DNA of 64,000 bases from a virus, in IMG/VR virus record IMGVR_UViG_3300020202_000069, positions 4,524-68,523 of that record; one strand, 5' to 3'. The notes beneath the pieces are model-generated. The model was given only the letters and a program-made list of their open reading frames with translations. It was not told the origin of the DNA and ran no database searches. The position numbers and the translations under genes are program-made. Positions 52,981 to 61,746 of the stretch are shown in pieces (position 1 is the first letter of the stretch; each line of letters opens with the position of its first letter).

Positions 52981-54083
52981 TCGTGGGATCCTCCCGGAGT
53001 GCTGAGTCCGAAGAGGGAGTACTGCTTGGGCGACTCAGGTCGAAGGCAATGTGGCGAGAACCAGATCCGCTCACGGTACGGATTCCCATTATCAGAACCG
53101 TAGCCGCCCTGGGCCTTCCAGGCGACGCAGGTCCATGAATCCGGCATCTGATGCTCACCCTCATATCCGCATAGAGCAATGCGCAGACGTGGATGGTCAC
53201 CGTGCTCGATTGCCCATTGTCGGACCTTAGTCGAGAGTTCCTTATCGTGGTTGGCGTAGAGATCGTCGGCCCCTTCGGAGTAGGGCGGGTCCAGAAGGAC
53301 ACCGGTCAGACCATGGTCTGTGGTCACGGCCGGTGACAGGATACGGATCCAGTCACCGCAGGCGACCCGCACGCGGCGGAGGCGCGCATGTAGCTGGTTC
53401 ATGACTGCTATGATGTTTGCGGTGATGTCGCCCTGGCCCACGGTGCTCGCGTTGGCACCGCGGCCCGCATTCCATAAATGAGGAAGTTGCTCACTCGGGC
53501 CAAGGGTGCGCGCGGAGAGAACTCCGCGCGCACCCTTGGCGAGCATAGGCAGCTTCTCCGGCGGAGCATAGAACCGTGCGCCATGAATGCCTTGGCCAGC
53601 ACCGCTCAAGTGCCGCACTTGAGCGGTGCTGGCCCCCTTGACGCTGCACCAGCCACTACCGATCCAGGCGCAGAGCCCCCATACCCACCAGCCCGCAATC
53701 TTGGGATCGAAGAATTCCGGATCGCAACGCATACGAGTGCGGAACTCCTCCCTAGCCAGGAGCCACTTGTGTCGCGCATGCAGATCGGCCTCATTTACGG
53801 GCCAGTCACACCAGCGCGCCACCTCCTCGGCAATCAACATTCGTCGTCGTTCGCATTCCACGGGCTCGGGCCAGGCAACGGCTCGCCAAAAATTGGCCAG
53901 GTAGCAGTCAAGGTCGTTGACCGTCTCGATTTTTGGCTCCGTCGGTCGAGCCAGGAGAACCGCAAGACTCCCCGCGAAAGGCTCACAGTAATTACGGACG
54001 TCGCCAAGGCGCTTCCAGATCAGATCGGCCGCTCTGGACTTGCCACCGAACCAGGGGAATGGAGCGCGTAGGACCGAACTCAC
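52971..54083 (-). CDS. Second D12-class DNA adenine methyltransferase
   Basis: PFPWFGGKS, EPFAGSLAV, LDPPY. Confidence 0.9.
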   Translation of the reverse strand: MSSVLRAPFPWFGGKSRAADLIWKRLGDVRNYCEPFAGSLAVLLARPTEPKIETVNDLDCYLANFWRAVAWPEPVECERRRMLIAEEVARWCDWPVNEADLHARHKWLLAREEFRTRMRCDPEFFDPKIAGWWVWGLCAWIGSGWCSVKGASTAQVRHLSGAGQGIHGARFYAPPEKLPMLAKGARGVLSARTLGPSEQLPHLWNAGRGANASTVGQGDITANIIAVMNQLHARLRRVRVACGDWIRILSPAVTTDHGLTGVLLDPPYSEGADDLYANHDKELSTKVRQWAIEHGDHPRLRIALCGYEGEHQMPDSWTCVAWKAQGGYGSDNGNPYRERIWFSPHCLRPESPKQYSLFGLSTPGGSHECP

Positions 54084-54394
54084 GCCGCTCTCCTCCTGAT
54101 CTCCCGCTCCCTACACGTGAGATACCCACGGGCCCACTCGCCCGCCCTCTCCCGGATGGCTGCTATATCTGCGTACGTGGTCGCTCGCTCCCCCAGAGCT
54201 CGCACCAGGATGCTCTCGGCGGCTGCCCATACCTGTACCAGGGAATCCCCACGGGCCCATGCAGTGTGCGCATGGGCGAGGGCATCGAGACCTTTGCCGA
54301 GGTCGAGCAGGACGGCGAGGGCGAAGAGCTCGGCTTGGGTCGATCCTCGCTGGTTGGAGGCGAGGGCACGGAGGCGATCGGAGGGTAGCGTCAC
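54080..54394 (-). CDS. Hypothetical protein
   Basis: GTGA coupling; GGAGG RBS. Confidence 0.6.
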   Translation of the reverse strand: MTLPSDRLRALASNQRGSTQAELFALAVLLDLGKGLDALAHAHTAWARGDSLVQVWAAAESILVRALGERATTYADIAAIRERAGEWARGYLTCREREIRRRAA

Positions 54395-55119
54395 GCGATC
54401 ATCCTCCCGCCCAGGCGCTTGTAGTGCATCATGAACTTCTCCAGGACCTCGTTCTCGTCTTGTGGATAGAAGGGCTCACGAAGGGGCTCCACGGGAGCGC
54501 GTCGGACCCGATCATCGTGGGTCGGCATTAGGTGGATCCGCTCGGTCTCCAGGAGCACGAGATCGGCATTGTGGACGATGGGGCCGAGATCGAGTGGCAC
54601 GCCGATCGCCTCTCGCAGCGCGGCTTTTGCTTGCTGCTCCATGGTGCGGAGTGCAGCGGCGAAGGGGCTGGTCTTATCGTGCAGCACCGGCCCCGGCACA
54701 TCATAGGGCGGATAGATCTCGTGCAGGTCGTGGACGAGCCCCCAGAAGACCGTGGTCCCATCGTAGCCCTCTCGTTCCAGGTACTCGGCGACTCGAATGC
54801 TGTGCTCGGCGACCGAATAGGGGACGATCGTCTGCCCGCCCCATCGAGGGATCCGAGCGAGGGTCACGAAGTCGACGGATCGGACATCGGCCGGAGAGGG
54901 CGCTGCCGGATACCAGAGGGCGCCGCTCTTCATGGTGATGGGCCTGCCACGATCGCCTGCCCTTCGAGGCGCAACTAGATCCGCGATCTGGCGCAGGGTA
55001 TCGGCCAGGGACAGACGATCCTCCTCAGTGGCCTGATACGTCTCGACTTGGCCGAGCAGAATGGCGGCGAGAGAGGCAGCATCGCCGCCAAGGATCTGAT
55101 GGGTCACAGATGGGGTCAT
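54391..55119 (-). CDS. HD-domain phosphohydrolase, YfbR-like 5'-deoxynucleotidase
   Basis: RWGGQ...YSVAEHS...LVHDLHE..DV..P; start re-assigned to ATG 55119. Confidence 0.85.
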   Translation of the reverse strand: MTPSVTHQILGGDAASLAAILLGQVETYQATEEDRLSLADTLRQIADLVAPRRAGDRGRPITMKSGALWYPAAPSPADVRSVDFVTLARIPRWGGQTIVPYSVAEHSIRVAEYLEREGYDGTTVFWGLVHDLHEIYPPYDVPGPVLHDKTSPFAAALRTMEQQAKAALREAIGVPLDLGPIVHNADLVLLETERIHLMPTHDDRVRRAPVEPLREPFYPQDENEVLEKFMMHYKRLGGRMIA

Positions 55120-55451
55120 GCTAGTCCTCCCGATGTCGGCGACTGCCCATGGTTCGGGCAGCGAATCCCGTTGATCACGGTTCGATTCCCGCAGGCTCCA
55201 CAGAGCCCGAACGTGGTGCCACACCCATCCTCGATTCTCACAACAACAGCTCCCGCCCCATGGCATCGTGTGCAGTCCGGATGTCCACGGGTCGGGTTCT
55301 TTCGGGGCCGCTCACAGGTGCAGCGCTCGAAGAACCGGAGTTCCGTACAGGTCGCCACGTTCTCTTCGTCGATCGACCCATAGCCGACATGCGGGAGTTC
55401 ATTCCGAAGAGGTGCAGGGGATAGATGGGCGGCAAGGGCGATGATGTTCAC
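55116..55451 (-). CDS. Zn-finger protein
   Basis: CTRCHGAG, CGAC..C motifs. Confidence 0.6.
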   Translation of the reverse strand: MNIIALAAHLSPAPLRNELPHVGYGSIDEENVATCTELRFFERCTCERPRKNPTRGHPDCTRCHGAGAVVVRIEDGCGTTFGLCGACGNRTVINGIRCPNHGQSPTSGGLA

Positions 55452-55981
55452 CGCGACCCACCCTCCGGAATCAGGTCAGGTCTCCGAAGCTCCAGCTTCC
55501 GCTTCAGCTTCGCTCCCGCAATCATCTCGAGCTGGCGAACCCGCTCCCGGGTCAATCCGAGATGGCGACCAATTCGCTCCAGCTTCATCCCGCCACGATC
55601 CGCCATGTCGAGCGCACAGGTCGCGGTCATCACCTCGAGACAGACATCGCCGAGGATGCGACGGGGTTGGCCATCGGAGAAGAAGCTCCCGTTCCTCCGG
55701 AGCGGACCCTGATAGACGTACTCCACGATAGCATCAGGGCGCTCGATGTGAGCCTCCCCGTTCTCGTCCACGTAGAGGGCGAGATGGTACCGGCACCCAA
55801 CCCATGGACAGGGACGTGGCTGACCTTCGCATTCGCCTCGGGTCTTCGGTCGATCGTACCCCATCAGTTCCTCGTCCTGAGACGAGAAGTCCAGGGAGAG
55901 CTGCATGGGCTTCCTCCGCACCCCTGAGGGCGGTGCGAGAGGAGGCACTGGAGCGAGAACAGGGAGGCGACGGGGGGTCAT
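55448..55981 (-). CDS. Cys-cluster plus sigma-70 region-4 HTH protein
   Basis: RPKTRGEC...PCPWVGCRYHL and MKLERIGRHLGLTRERVRQLE. Confidence 0.8.
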   Translation of the reverse strand: MTPRRLPVLAPVPPLAPPSGVRRKPMQLSLDFSSQDEELMGYDRPKTRGECEGQPRPCPWVGCRYHLALYVDENGEAHIERPDAIVEYVYQGPLRRNGSFFSDGQPRRILGDVCLEVMTATCALDMADRGGMKLERIGRHLGLTRERVRQLEMIAGAKLKRKLELRRPDLIPEGGSR

Positions 55982-55992
55982 GGGCCCTTCTC

Positions 55993-56268
55993 CTACGACT
56001 CTGTGATCACCACATCGGTCCCGATCTGCCCGCACGCCACATCTGGAGCCATCCACGCGGCCCCCATGGGCCCCTCGCTCCAGAGGGGGATACCGATGCT
56101 GCTCTCCTCCGGATCGGGTCCCAGGATCGCCTCGAGTTCCTGGTCGGTCACAGGATCTTCGCCAATGGCGACCAGCCGATCCGAGATGCGCTCTCGCAGA
56201 GCACGGCGATCGAGACCGGGGCCAGCGTGTCGAATCTGAGATTCGATAGCGAATCGACGTGAGTTCAT
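55993..56268 (-). CDS. Hypothetical protein
   Basis: ATGA coupling. Confidence 0.5.
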   Translation of the reverse strand: MNSRRFAIESQIRHAGPGLDRRALRERISDRLVAIGEDPVTDQELEAILGPDPEESSIGIPLWSEGPMGAAWMAPDVACGQIGTDVVITES

Positions 56269-56897
56269 CTGCGCCCCTCTTTCTCGAGTCGCTCTCGCTC
56301 CGCGTGCCCTGTCCCGAGGAGAGCCATCCCGATCTCGACCATCGCGCCACCCAGTCGAACCAGGGCATCGGCGTCGCGAGACTCGAGCCTCCAGCCCTGT
56401 CCCGAGAGCTTGGCGACGAGTTGGGCAAGGCTCGCCACGGTCGTCATTCCGCGACCGGAGAGCTGGGGTACCCCGGAGACAGGCGTCGCTTCCGTGCGGG
56501 TCACAGCCTGCTGGCACGCGCTGAAGAGCATGAAGGCCGCTGCGCGCTCTTTCGCGCGACCCTCGAAGGCCAGGCGGAGACCATCCACGATCGTGGGCGG
56601 CACATCCCTCCGGGTCGGGTCGGCCTTGAGCCCCACGCGCTGCTTGTTCGTACCGAGGACCTCAGCGGCGTCCTGGTACGAGAGCCCAGCAGCCCGAAGA
56701 GCGAGACCGAAGAGCTCGGCAGCGACAGCGACAGCATCCCGCGCCTCGCCTCTGGGGTCGGGTGCTTCCCGACTCCTGACGTGGCTTTCACCGAATGACG
56801 CTAGACCGGCATCGTCATCTACTGGATCCGAACACGCAGCCGCATGCTGCGAGCCATGAACGACAAACGAAGGAACCGAGCGAAGAGCAGCGGTCAC
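56265..56897 (-). CDS. HTH regulator, CII-like position
   Basis: GLSYQDAAEVLGTNKQRV. Confidence 0.6.
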   Translation of the reverse strand: MTAALRSVPSFVVHGSQHAAACSDPVDDDAGLASFGESHVRSREAPDPRGEARDAVAVAAELFGLALRAAGLSYQDAAEVLGTNKQRVGLKADPTRRDVPPTIVDGLRLAFEGRAKERAAAFMLFSACQQAVTRTEATPVSGVPQLSGRGMTTVASLAQLVAKLSGQGWRLESRDADALVRLGGAMVEIGMALLGTGHAERERLEKEGRR

Positions 56898-56900
56898 GGT

Positions 56901-57155
56901 CTAAACCTCCTCCAGAGTCGGGGTCGTATCAGGGTTGATCTCGACGGCGACAGCCGCGAGGGCTGCGTGGACGTCGAGGTTTTGGGTAGTGGCTCCGCGC
57001 ATCGCGCACACCGCTGCATCCTCCCGGCGCTGGTCGCGCCGAGCTTGCAGGATGATCTCGTGAAGCGCGGAGGCAGCGTCGTACTCGTGCCTATACGCCC
57101 GGAGAGCGCGAACCTGCTCCAGCACACGTTCAAAGATCGGGCGATCGATAGTCAT
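56901..57155 (-). CDS. Small hypothetical protein
   Basis: Abutting ORF chain; GGAGG RBS for the next gene. Confidence 0.55.
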   Translation of the reverse strand: MTIDRPIFERVLEQVRALRAYRHEYDAASALHEIILQARRDQRREDAAVCAMRGATTQNLDVHAALAAVAVEINPDTTPTLEEV

Positions 57156-57428
57156 TCAGTGGCTTTCTCCAGCAGGCTCAGGGCGCCGGACCTCAACGGC
57201 AGTGGCACGGCTTGGATCATGGCGACGGACGACCGGGTGCTCCGCGAGGTCGAGCGCGCGCGCCGGGCGTGCTTCCGACGGAATCTGGTATGGATCGGTA
57301 CTCCGATCGGTCCGGCCAACGACAACGCGATCGCTCCTCCGCCTCAAACCCCTCAGCAGCAAGCGGATCTCGAGGAGTACCCGAGCCGCGACGGGCAGGG
57401 GTGGTGGCAGGACGCAGGGCCGATCCAT
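57156..57428 (-). CDS. Small hypothetical protein
   Basis: Abutting ORF chain. Confidence 0.45.
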   Translation of the reverse strand: MDRPCVLPPPLPVAARVLLEIRLLLRGLRRRSDRVVVGRTDRSTDPYQIPSEARPARALDLAEHPVVRRHDPSRATAVEVRRPEPAGESH

Positions 57429-57635
57429 CTACACCCCCTCCTCGGCGAGCCGCGCCCGCACGCCGTCGATGCAGACTCCGTTCTCCAGCGCTCGGGCAGC
57501 AATCTCCCAAGCACGATCGGCCCGATCTCGGGACAGGGGCGGCGAGAGGACTGTGCGCAGTCCGTCATGCTCCCGCAGCGAGACCTCGAAGCGATCTCGA
57601 TGGGGCCAGAGATGGAGGCGATCCTGAGTTGCCAT
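57429..57635 (-). CDS. Small hypothetical protein
   Basis: Abutting ORF chain; GGAGG RBS. Confidence 0.55.
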   Translation of the reverse strand: MATQDRLHLWPHRDRFEVSLREHDGLRTVLSPPLSRDRADRAWEIAARALENGVCIDGVRARLAEEGV

Positions 57636-57869
57636 CTACGGCCTACCTCCCGTGGGTCGACCGAGGACCCACCAGTCCCCGCAGCGATGGATCGCGCCAG
57701 TCACTTCCATTGTGACGGCGGCCGTAGAAATGGCGGCGTCTCGAAGAGACTTTGGAAGCCCAGCGACCCACAGGCGATCCCCGGTGCGTCGTTGTACGAG
57801 CGCCGAGAGTTGACCGCGCGGCACCGCGGTTCGCTCGCGAAGTATCTCGAGAATGGCGGCGTCCAGCAT
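57636..57869 (-). CDS. Small wHTH-like protein
   Basis: Abutting ORF chain; GGAGG RBS. Confidence 0.5.
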   Translation of the reverse strand: MLDAAILEILRERTAVPRGQLSALVQRRTGDRLWVAGLPKSLRDAAISTAAVTMEVTGAIHRCGDWWVLGRPTGGRP

Positions 57870-58244
57870 CTACTTGGCCCTCTGGCGGAGAACCTCATCG
57901 GCGCCGCTGCACGCTCGATACCGGACGTCATTGCGCCTGGTCTCTGCCAGTCGGCGATCGAGCAGGCCGAGCCGGGCCACAAGGATCGCTCGCTCGGCCT
58001 CCAGGCTCTCCCGCTCTCCGCAATTGACTGGCGCTCTACTGAGGCGCCGCAGTCGCACGCACAGGGCGCAGGAGCCGGGCGCCTCGCAGGTACCGCACCA
58101 GAGATGCCCATCGGGACCCATGCGGATCGCGTTGTAGGTGGCGCGAAGCCCTGGGTCCGCGAAGGCTCGCGCGAATGCAGGTACTACGACCGGAGCGTCG
58201 TCGTCCTCTTCGGGAGAGGTACCGTCCGGGATCAATTCAGGCAT
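57870..58244 (-). CDS. Hypothetical protein with CxxC pairs
   Basis: CGTC...CALC; GGAGG RBS. Confidence 0.55.
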   Translation of the reverse strand: MPELIPDGTSPEEDDDAPVVVPAFARAFADPGLRATYNAIRMGPDGHLWCGTCEAPGSCALCVRLRRLSRAPVNCGERESLEAERAILVARLGLLDRRLAETRRNDVRYRACSGADEVLRQRAK

Positions 58245-58247
58245 GGC

Positions 58248-58649
58248 CTACCTCCCCCCGGTTCTGCGGGCCTCGATCACGAGGCCAAGTGCACGATTGA
58301 GATCATCCTCGAGATTCCGGAACGCCTCAAGTTCAGCCGCCACCCACAGGAGTTGCGCCTCGGCTCGGTCCGCGCGTTCCCGCTGCGCGGCTCGGTCGCT
58401 CTCGATGGTGATGAGAGCCTCTTCCAGCGCGCGTACCTCGTCGCGCAAGCCATCGCGCTCCTTGCGCAACTCCAGGAGCGCCGAGTCGATCGCGTCACCC
58501 GCGACGACTATGGGCTCTTCTGGAGCGTCGGCGGGTTCGCTCGTGATCTGCGGCGGCACTGCTGTAGTGTGGTGCTGCAAGAGGCGCTGGTGCTCTGCGT
58601 GGCGAAGGATCCCGAGGTAGGGGCGTGGTTCCTGAGCTTGGTCGTCCAT
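58248..58649 (-). CDS. Coiled-coil hypothetical protein
   Basis: First gene after the cro leader; GAGG RBS. Confidence 0.6.
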   Translation of the reverse strand: MDDQAQEPRPYLGILRHAEHQRLLQHHTTAVPPQITSEPADAPEEPIVVAGDAIDSALLELRKERDGLRDEVRALEEALITIESDRAAQRERADRAEAQLLWVAAELEAFRNLEDDLNRALGLVIEARRTGGR

Positions 58650-58792
58650 GGATTGCCTCGTGGTCTCAGGGGCGCTCGTGGAGCGCGGTCTCTTTCTCTG
58701 CCGTGGATCGACACGGCGGATCGCAACGCGATCACCAGAAGCGCTGGCGAAGCGACAAGCGCTCCTGCGCTCAGGACCGCCGAGGAACTCAG

Positions 58793-59077
58793 CTATGCAG
58801 CATCCTCGCGCAGAGAACTTTTCCTGGCTGCCTGCTCAGGCTTGAGCCGGCCCTCCAAGAGGGCGCTCAGTGTCTCGAGCGTGACTCCCAGACCATGGGC
58901 CAGCGCCAGACGGAACCAGTAGCTGGTGAACCGGCTCCTGCCCCTCTCAGCGTGGACGACGCGATCGCGACCTATCTGGCCGCGATTCGCGACATCTTCC
59001 TGCGTCAGGCCCAACAGCTTCCTCAGGTCCCGGAGCCGCTCCGCAGGCGCGCCCCGGTTTTTGATCTGTGCACCCAT
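58793..59077 (-). CDS. Cro-like XRE HTH protein
   Basis: LRDLRKLLGLTQEDVANRGQIGRDRVVHAERG; divergent from the repressor. Confidence 0.85.
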   Translation of the reverse strand: MGAQIKNRGAPAERLRDLRKLLGLTQEDVANRGQIGRDRVVHAERGRSRFTSYWFRLALAHGLGVTLETLSALLEGRLKPEQAARKSSLREDAA

Positions 59078-59084
59078 GCTCGGG

Positions 59085-59113
59085 ACTATGAGCAGTATTG
59101 ATACACGTGTCAA
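59085..59113 (-). promoter_or_regulatory. PR-like promoter TTGACA-N17-CATAGT; predicted leaderless cro mRNA
   Basis: -10 ends 8 nt before ATG 59077. Confidence 0.75.
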
Positions 59114-59141
59114 GGTACCAGTGTAAAATAGGCCGCTTTTC

Positions 59142-59696
59142 GTGAAAAATCCGCCGCATACGGTGTGCACCGTGCAGAATGACACCCCCCGCGATCGTGT
59201 CCGTGCTCTCCGTGCTGCCCTGGGTCTGAGCCAGGAGCGGCTCGCGGCTGCTACGGGCGGCGAGCTGGTACGCGACGACATCGTCAAGCTTGAAAAAGGG
59301 CAGAACCAGGGGACGTCCTCACGGGTCCGACGCGGCCTTGCGATTGCCGCGGGCGTCGATCTCGTGGTGATGGACCAGTACATGGACGGAAAGATCGAAC
59401 TCGAGGAACTGATGGCGAGCCGCGCCACCCGTCCTGTCGAGCCAACGCGTCCGATCCTGCGCCAGCACCCGCGCTGGTCCGAGCTCTACCAGGAGGCCCG
59501 GCGGATCTTCCCCGAGGTGCCGCAGGAGTACGTAGACGCGATCGGGAGCCAGCCCTTCGTGTGGGGCGAGCCGGGCGACGTAGACGCGCGGCTCGTGGGC
59601 GAACTCGCCGAGCGGCTCTGGTCGTGGCACCGCCGTAAGGGTAAGCGCGTCGATGAGGCTACCCCGTCCTCTACGAAGGGCTCTGGTCGTCGATAG
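59142..59696 (+). CDS. CI-like XRE repressor (no peptidase S24 domain recognised)
   Basis: VRALRAALGLSQERLAAA...IVKLEKG HTH. Confidence 0.85.
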   Translation: MKNPPHTVCTVQNDTPRDRVRALRAALGLSQERLAAATGGELVRDDIVKLEKGQNQGTSSRVRRGLAIAAGVDLVVMDQYMDGKIELEELMASRATRPVEPTRPILRQHPRWSELYQEARRIFPEVPQEYVDAIGSQPFVWGEPGDVDARLVGELAERLWSWHRRKGKRVDEATPSSTKGSGRR

Positions 59697-59907
59697 ACGA
59701 TCGTCGGAGCAGATCCACGACGTCCACGTCCAGCGCCGCGGCGATGCGCTCGAGCCACACGAGCGTTGGCGATGCGCGTCCTCCGATCACGTTCCAGAAG
59801 TGTGAGTCGCTCACCCCCGCGCGCGCCGGGAGGTGTGTCAAGGGAATTTTTCGCCGCCTCGAAAGCTCACGAATCCGCGAAATTAGGCGGCGATGCAGAG
59901 CATCCAC
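59671..59907 (-). CDS. Second small XRE HTH protein
   Basis: LTHLPARAGVSDSHFWNVIGGRASPTLVWLERIAAALDV. Confidence 0.8.
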   Translation of the reverse strand: MDALHRRLISRIRELSRRRKIPLTHLPARAGVSDSHFWNVIGGRASPTLVWLERIAAALDVDVVDLLRRSSIDDQSPS

Positions 59908-60038
59908 CGCCCGAGCGTAGGGAGCCGACCTATATCCCCACTCCGGGATCCAGGAGTCGGCACGACAGCGCTAGCCGGATCCCTGTGCCAGGACGTACCC
60001 TAGCGCGTCGGGCGTTACCCGACTCCGGGAGGTAAAGG

Positions 60039-60482
60039 ATGCGGGAAGGTTCCCTACGTGCGTTTGTCGAAGCGGTCTTCCGTGGTGAGAAATCTCACCC
60101 TCTACTTGAGCGAGCCGAGCACCAGGGGCTTGCTGAGAATCTGATCAAGCGTACGGGTACTCACGATCCAGCGGGAGCGCTCGAGAGGCTTGGGTACCAC
60201 CCGCGCCCGTGGGATCTTCCGAGCCAGGTACCCTTCATGCTGGACGGTGACGAGTGCCTGCATGATGAGCGCGACCCAGCGCCGCTGCGTAACCTTTGCC
60301 TCTGGAGCGCTGCGGCCTACGTCCTCCTCACGCAGAGCGGGGTACCATTCAGCGCGGCCGATGTGTGGCTCCTCGTGGGCGCGCTCGTGGCGTCGCGGGA
60401 CGGTCCCTCAGGGGTCCCCGAGTGGTTCGCCAGTGCGTACACGCACACACAATTTTTACCCGTGTATATTGACACGGTGTAA
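60039..60482 (+). CDS. Degenerate ImmA/IrrE-like protein
   Basis: RNLCLWSAAAYVLL aligns by eye with RxFTLAHELGHxLL but lacks the zinc ligands. Confidence 0.45.
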   Translation: MREGSLRAFVEAVFRGEKSHPLLERAEHQGLAENLIKRTGTHDPAGALERLGYHPRPWDLPSQVPFMLDGDECLHDERDPAPLRNLCLWSAAAYVLLTQSGVPFSAADVWLLVGALVASRDGPSGVPEWFASAYTHTQFLPVYIDTV

Positions 60483-60497
60483 AGAAGGCTATAGGCT
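60469..60497 (+). promoter_or_regulatory. PL-like promoter TTGACA-N17-TAGGCT with overlapping operator-like boxes
   Basis: Consensus -35 and 17-nt spacer; near-palindrome TTGACACGGTGTAAA. Confidence 0.7.
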
Positions 60498-60523
60498 GGC
60501 TCTGTCATCGCGACGGAGCCGCC

Positions 60524-61108
60524 ATGCCTACCCACCTCGTCGACGTCGATCTCCGCAAGGCCTGCCAGCTTCTCACGGACGCCACCATCGAGATGTCCGG
60601 TCGGGACGCCCTTGTCACCACCGTGCGCTGCGACGGCGCACTCATCGCGACGATCGCGCCCCGACCTGGCTACCGCGGGCACCCCGGCGACCTCGTGGGC
60701 CGCGCTGTCGCTCGCTGCGTCGAGGTCCTGCGCTACCACCGCTTCGAGGTGCGTGCGGCGCGTAGCACCGTCACCGTGCTCGGTCGACGCCCTGCGCCCA
60801 CGGACCTCGACACCCTGATCGCCGAAGCGGACGCGAACGCAGCGGAGACGATGGCCCGGATCCAGACTGGGAGGCCCTCGCCCAAAATTGCTGCTGCGAA
60901 AGCCGCCGATGATGCGCAGTACCTCTCGTGGAAGGCGGAGCAGTGGGCTCGCAAGCTTGATCCCGCGCGCTGGGACGTAAATCGAGCCGGCCTCCTTCGA
61001 CGGATTGCGGAGGGGCATGAGGCTGTGCGCAGTCGTGCCTACCTCGCCGCGCTCGACCAGGTGATCGCAGAGAGTGGCGGCCGATGGGTGGAACCCACCG
61101 CGGCGTGA
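60524..61108 (+). CDS. Hypothetical early protein
   Basis: GGAG RBS; first gene after the PL-like promoter. Confidence 0.7.
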   Translation: MPTHLVDVDLRKACQLLTDATIEMSGRDALVTTVRCDGALIATIAPRPGYRGHPGDLVGRAVARCVEVLRYHRFEVRAARSTVTVLGRRPAPTDLDTLIAEADANAAETMARIQTGRPSPKIAAAKAADDAQYLSWKAEQWARKLDPARWDVNRAGLLRRIAEGHEAVRSRAYLAALDQVIAESGGRWVEPTAA

Positions 61109-61116
61109 GGGCGACC

Positions 61117-61695
61117 ATGAAGCTCAAAGCCCTCCGAACCCACCGGGCGATCACCTTGGCGCAGTACGAGGCCGCGCGGACCGCCCTCGAGCGCCTCGAG
61201 CAGGCCGCGCGCGACTACGGCGCCGAGGACTGGGACGCGATCGACGGCGCTGCGCGGGTATGGGATGCGCTCGATGAGTGTATTCCCCTGGATCAGCAGC
61301 ATAGGCAGGCCAGCCAGGAACTGCTCGAGGGAGCGGCCGAGAACGCCGAGGTCGAGGATCTCGAAGAGGCTGTCTACCTCGAGCGCGAGCGACGCAGGCT
61401 CGATGTCCTCTACGGCGCCGCCCGCGACATCCGGGCCACGTTCGAGGCCCTCTCGACTGCGCTCCGAGAGCAGGGTGTGAGCGCTCGTGCCGCAGACGAG
61501 GCGGGCGCGGAGGCGATCGAACTCGCGCAAAACGCGGACAGCGCCGCAGAGCTCTCAACAGAGATGACCGCCCGGCTCGCCGAGATCGATCTGGCCATCG
61601 CGACGCGAGAGGCGATCGATCGCTTCCTTGCCCGCTCGCCGCGAGATGATCGCGACGATGCCGAGCAGCGGATTCAGGAACTTGTGTTCGAGTAG
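61117..61695 (+). CDS. Acidic helical hypothetical protein
   Basis: ATG 61117 after GAGG. Confidence 0.65.
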   Translation: MKLKALRTHRAITLAQYEAARTALERLEQAARDYGAEDWDAIDGAARVWDALDECIPLDQQHRQASQELLEGAAENAEVEDLEEAVYLERERRRLDVLYGAARDIRATFEALSTALREQGVSARAADEAGAEAIELAQNADSAAELSTEMTARLAEIDLAIATREAIDRFLARSPRDDRDDAEQRIQELVFE

Positions 61696-61746
61696 GTAAC
61701 TCCCCCGGAGGCGGGGTCCTGTCGCAGGACAGGATAGGAGCAGAGC

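Noticed and set aside
41780-55119. 2-aminoadenine (Z-genome) pathway suggested by the HD hydrolase and MazG-like genes
   Set aside because: No PurZ (adenylosuccinate synthetase-like) or phage DNA polymerase seen; Dam-type adenine methylases imply ordinary adenine
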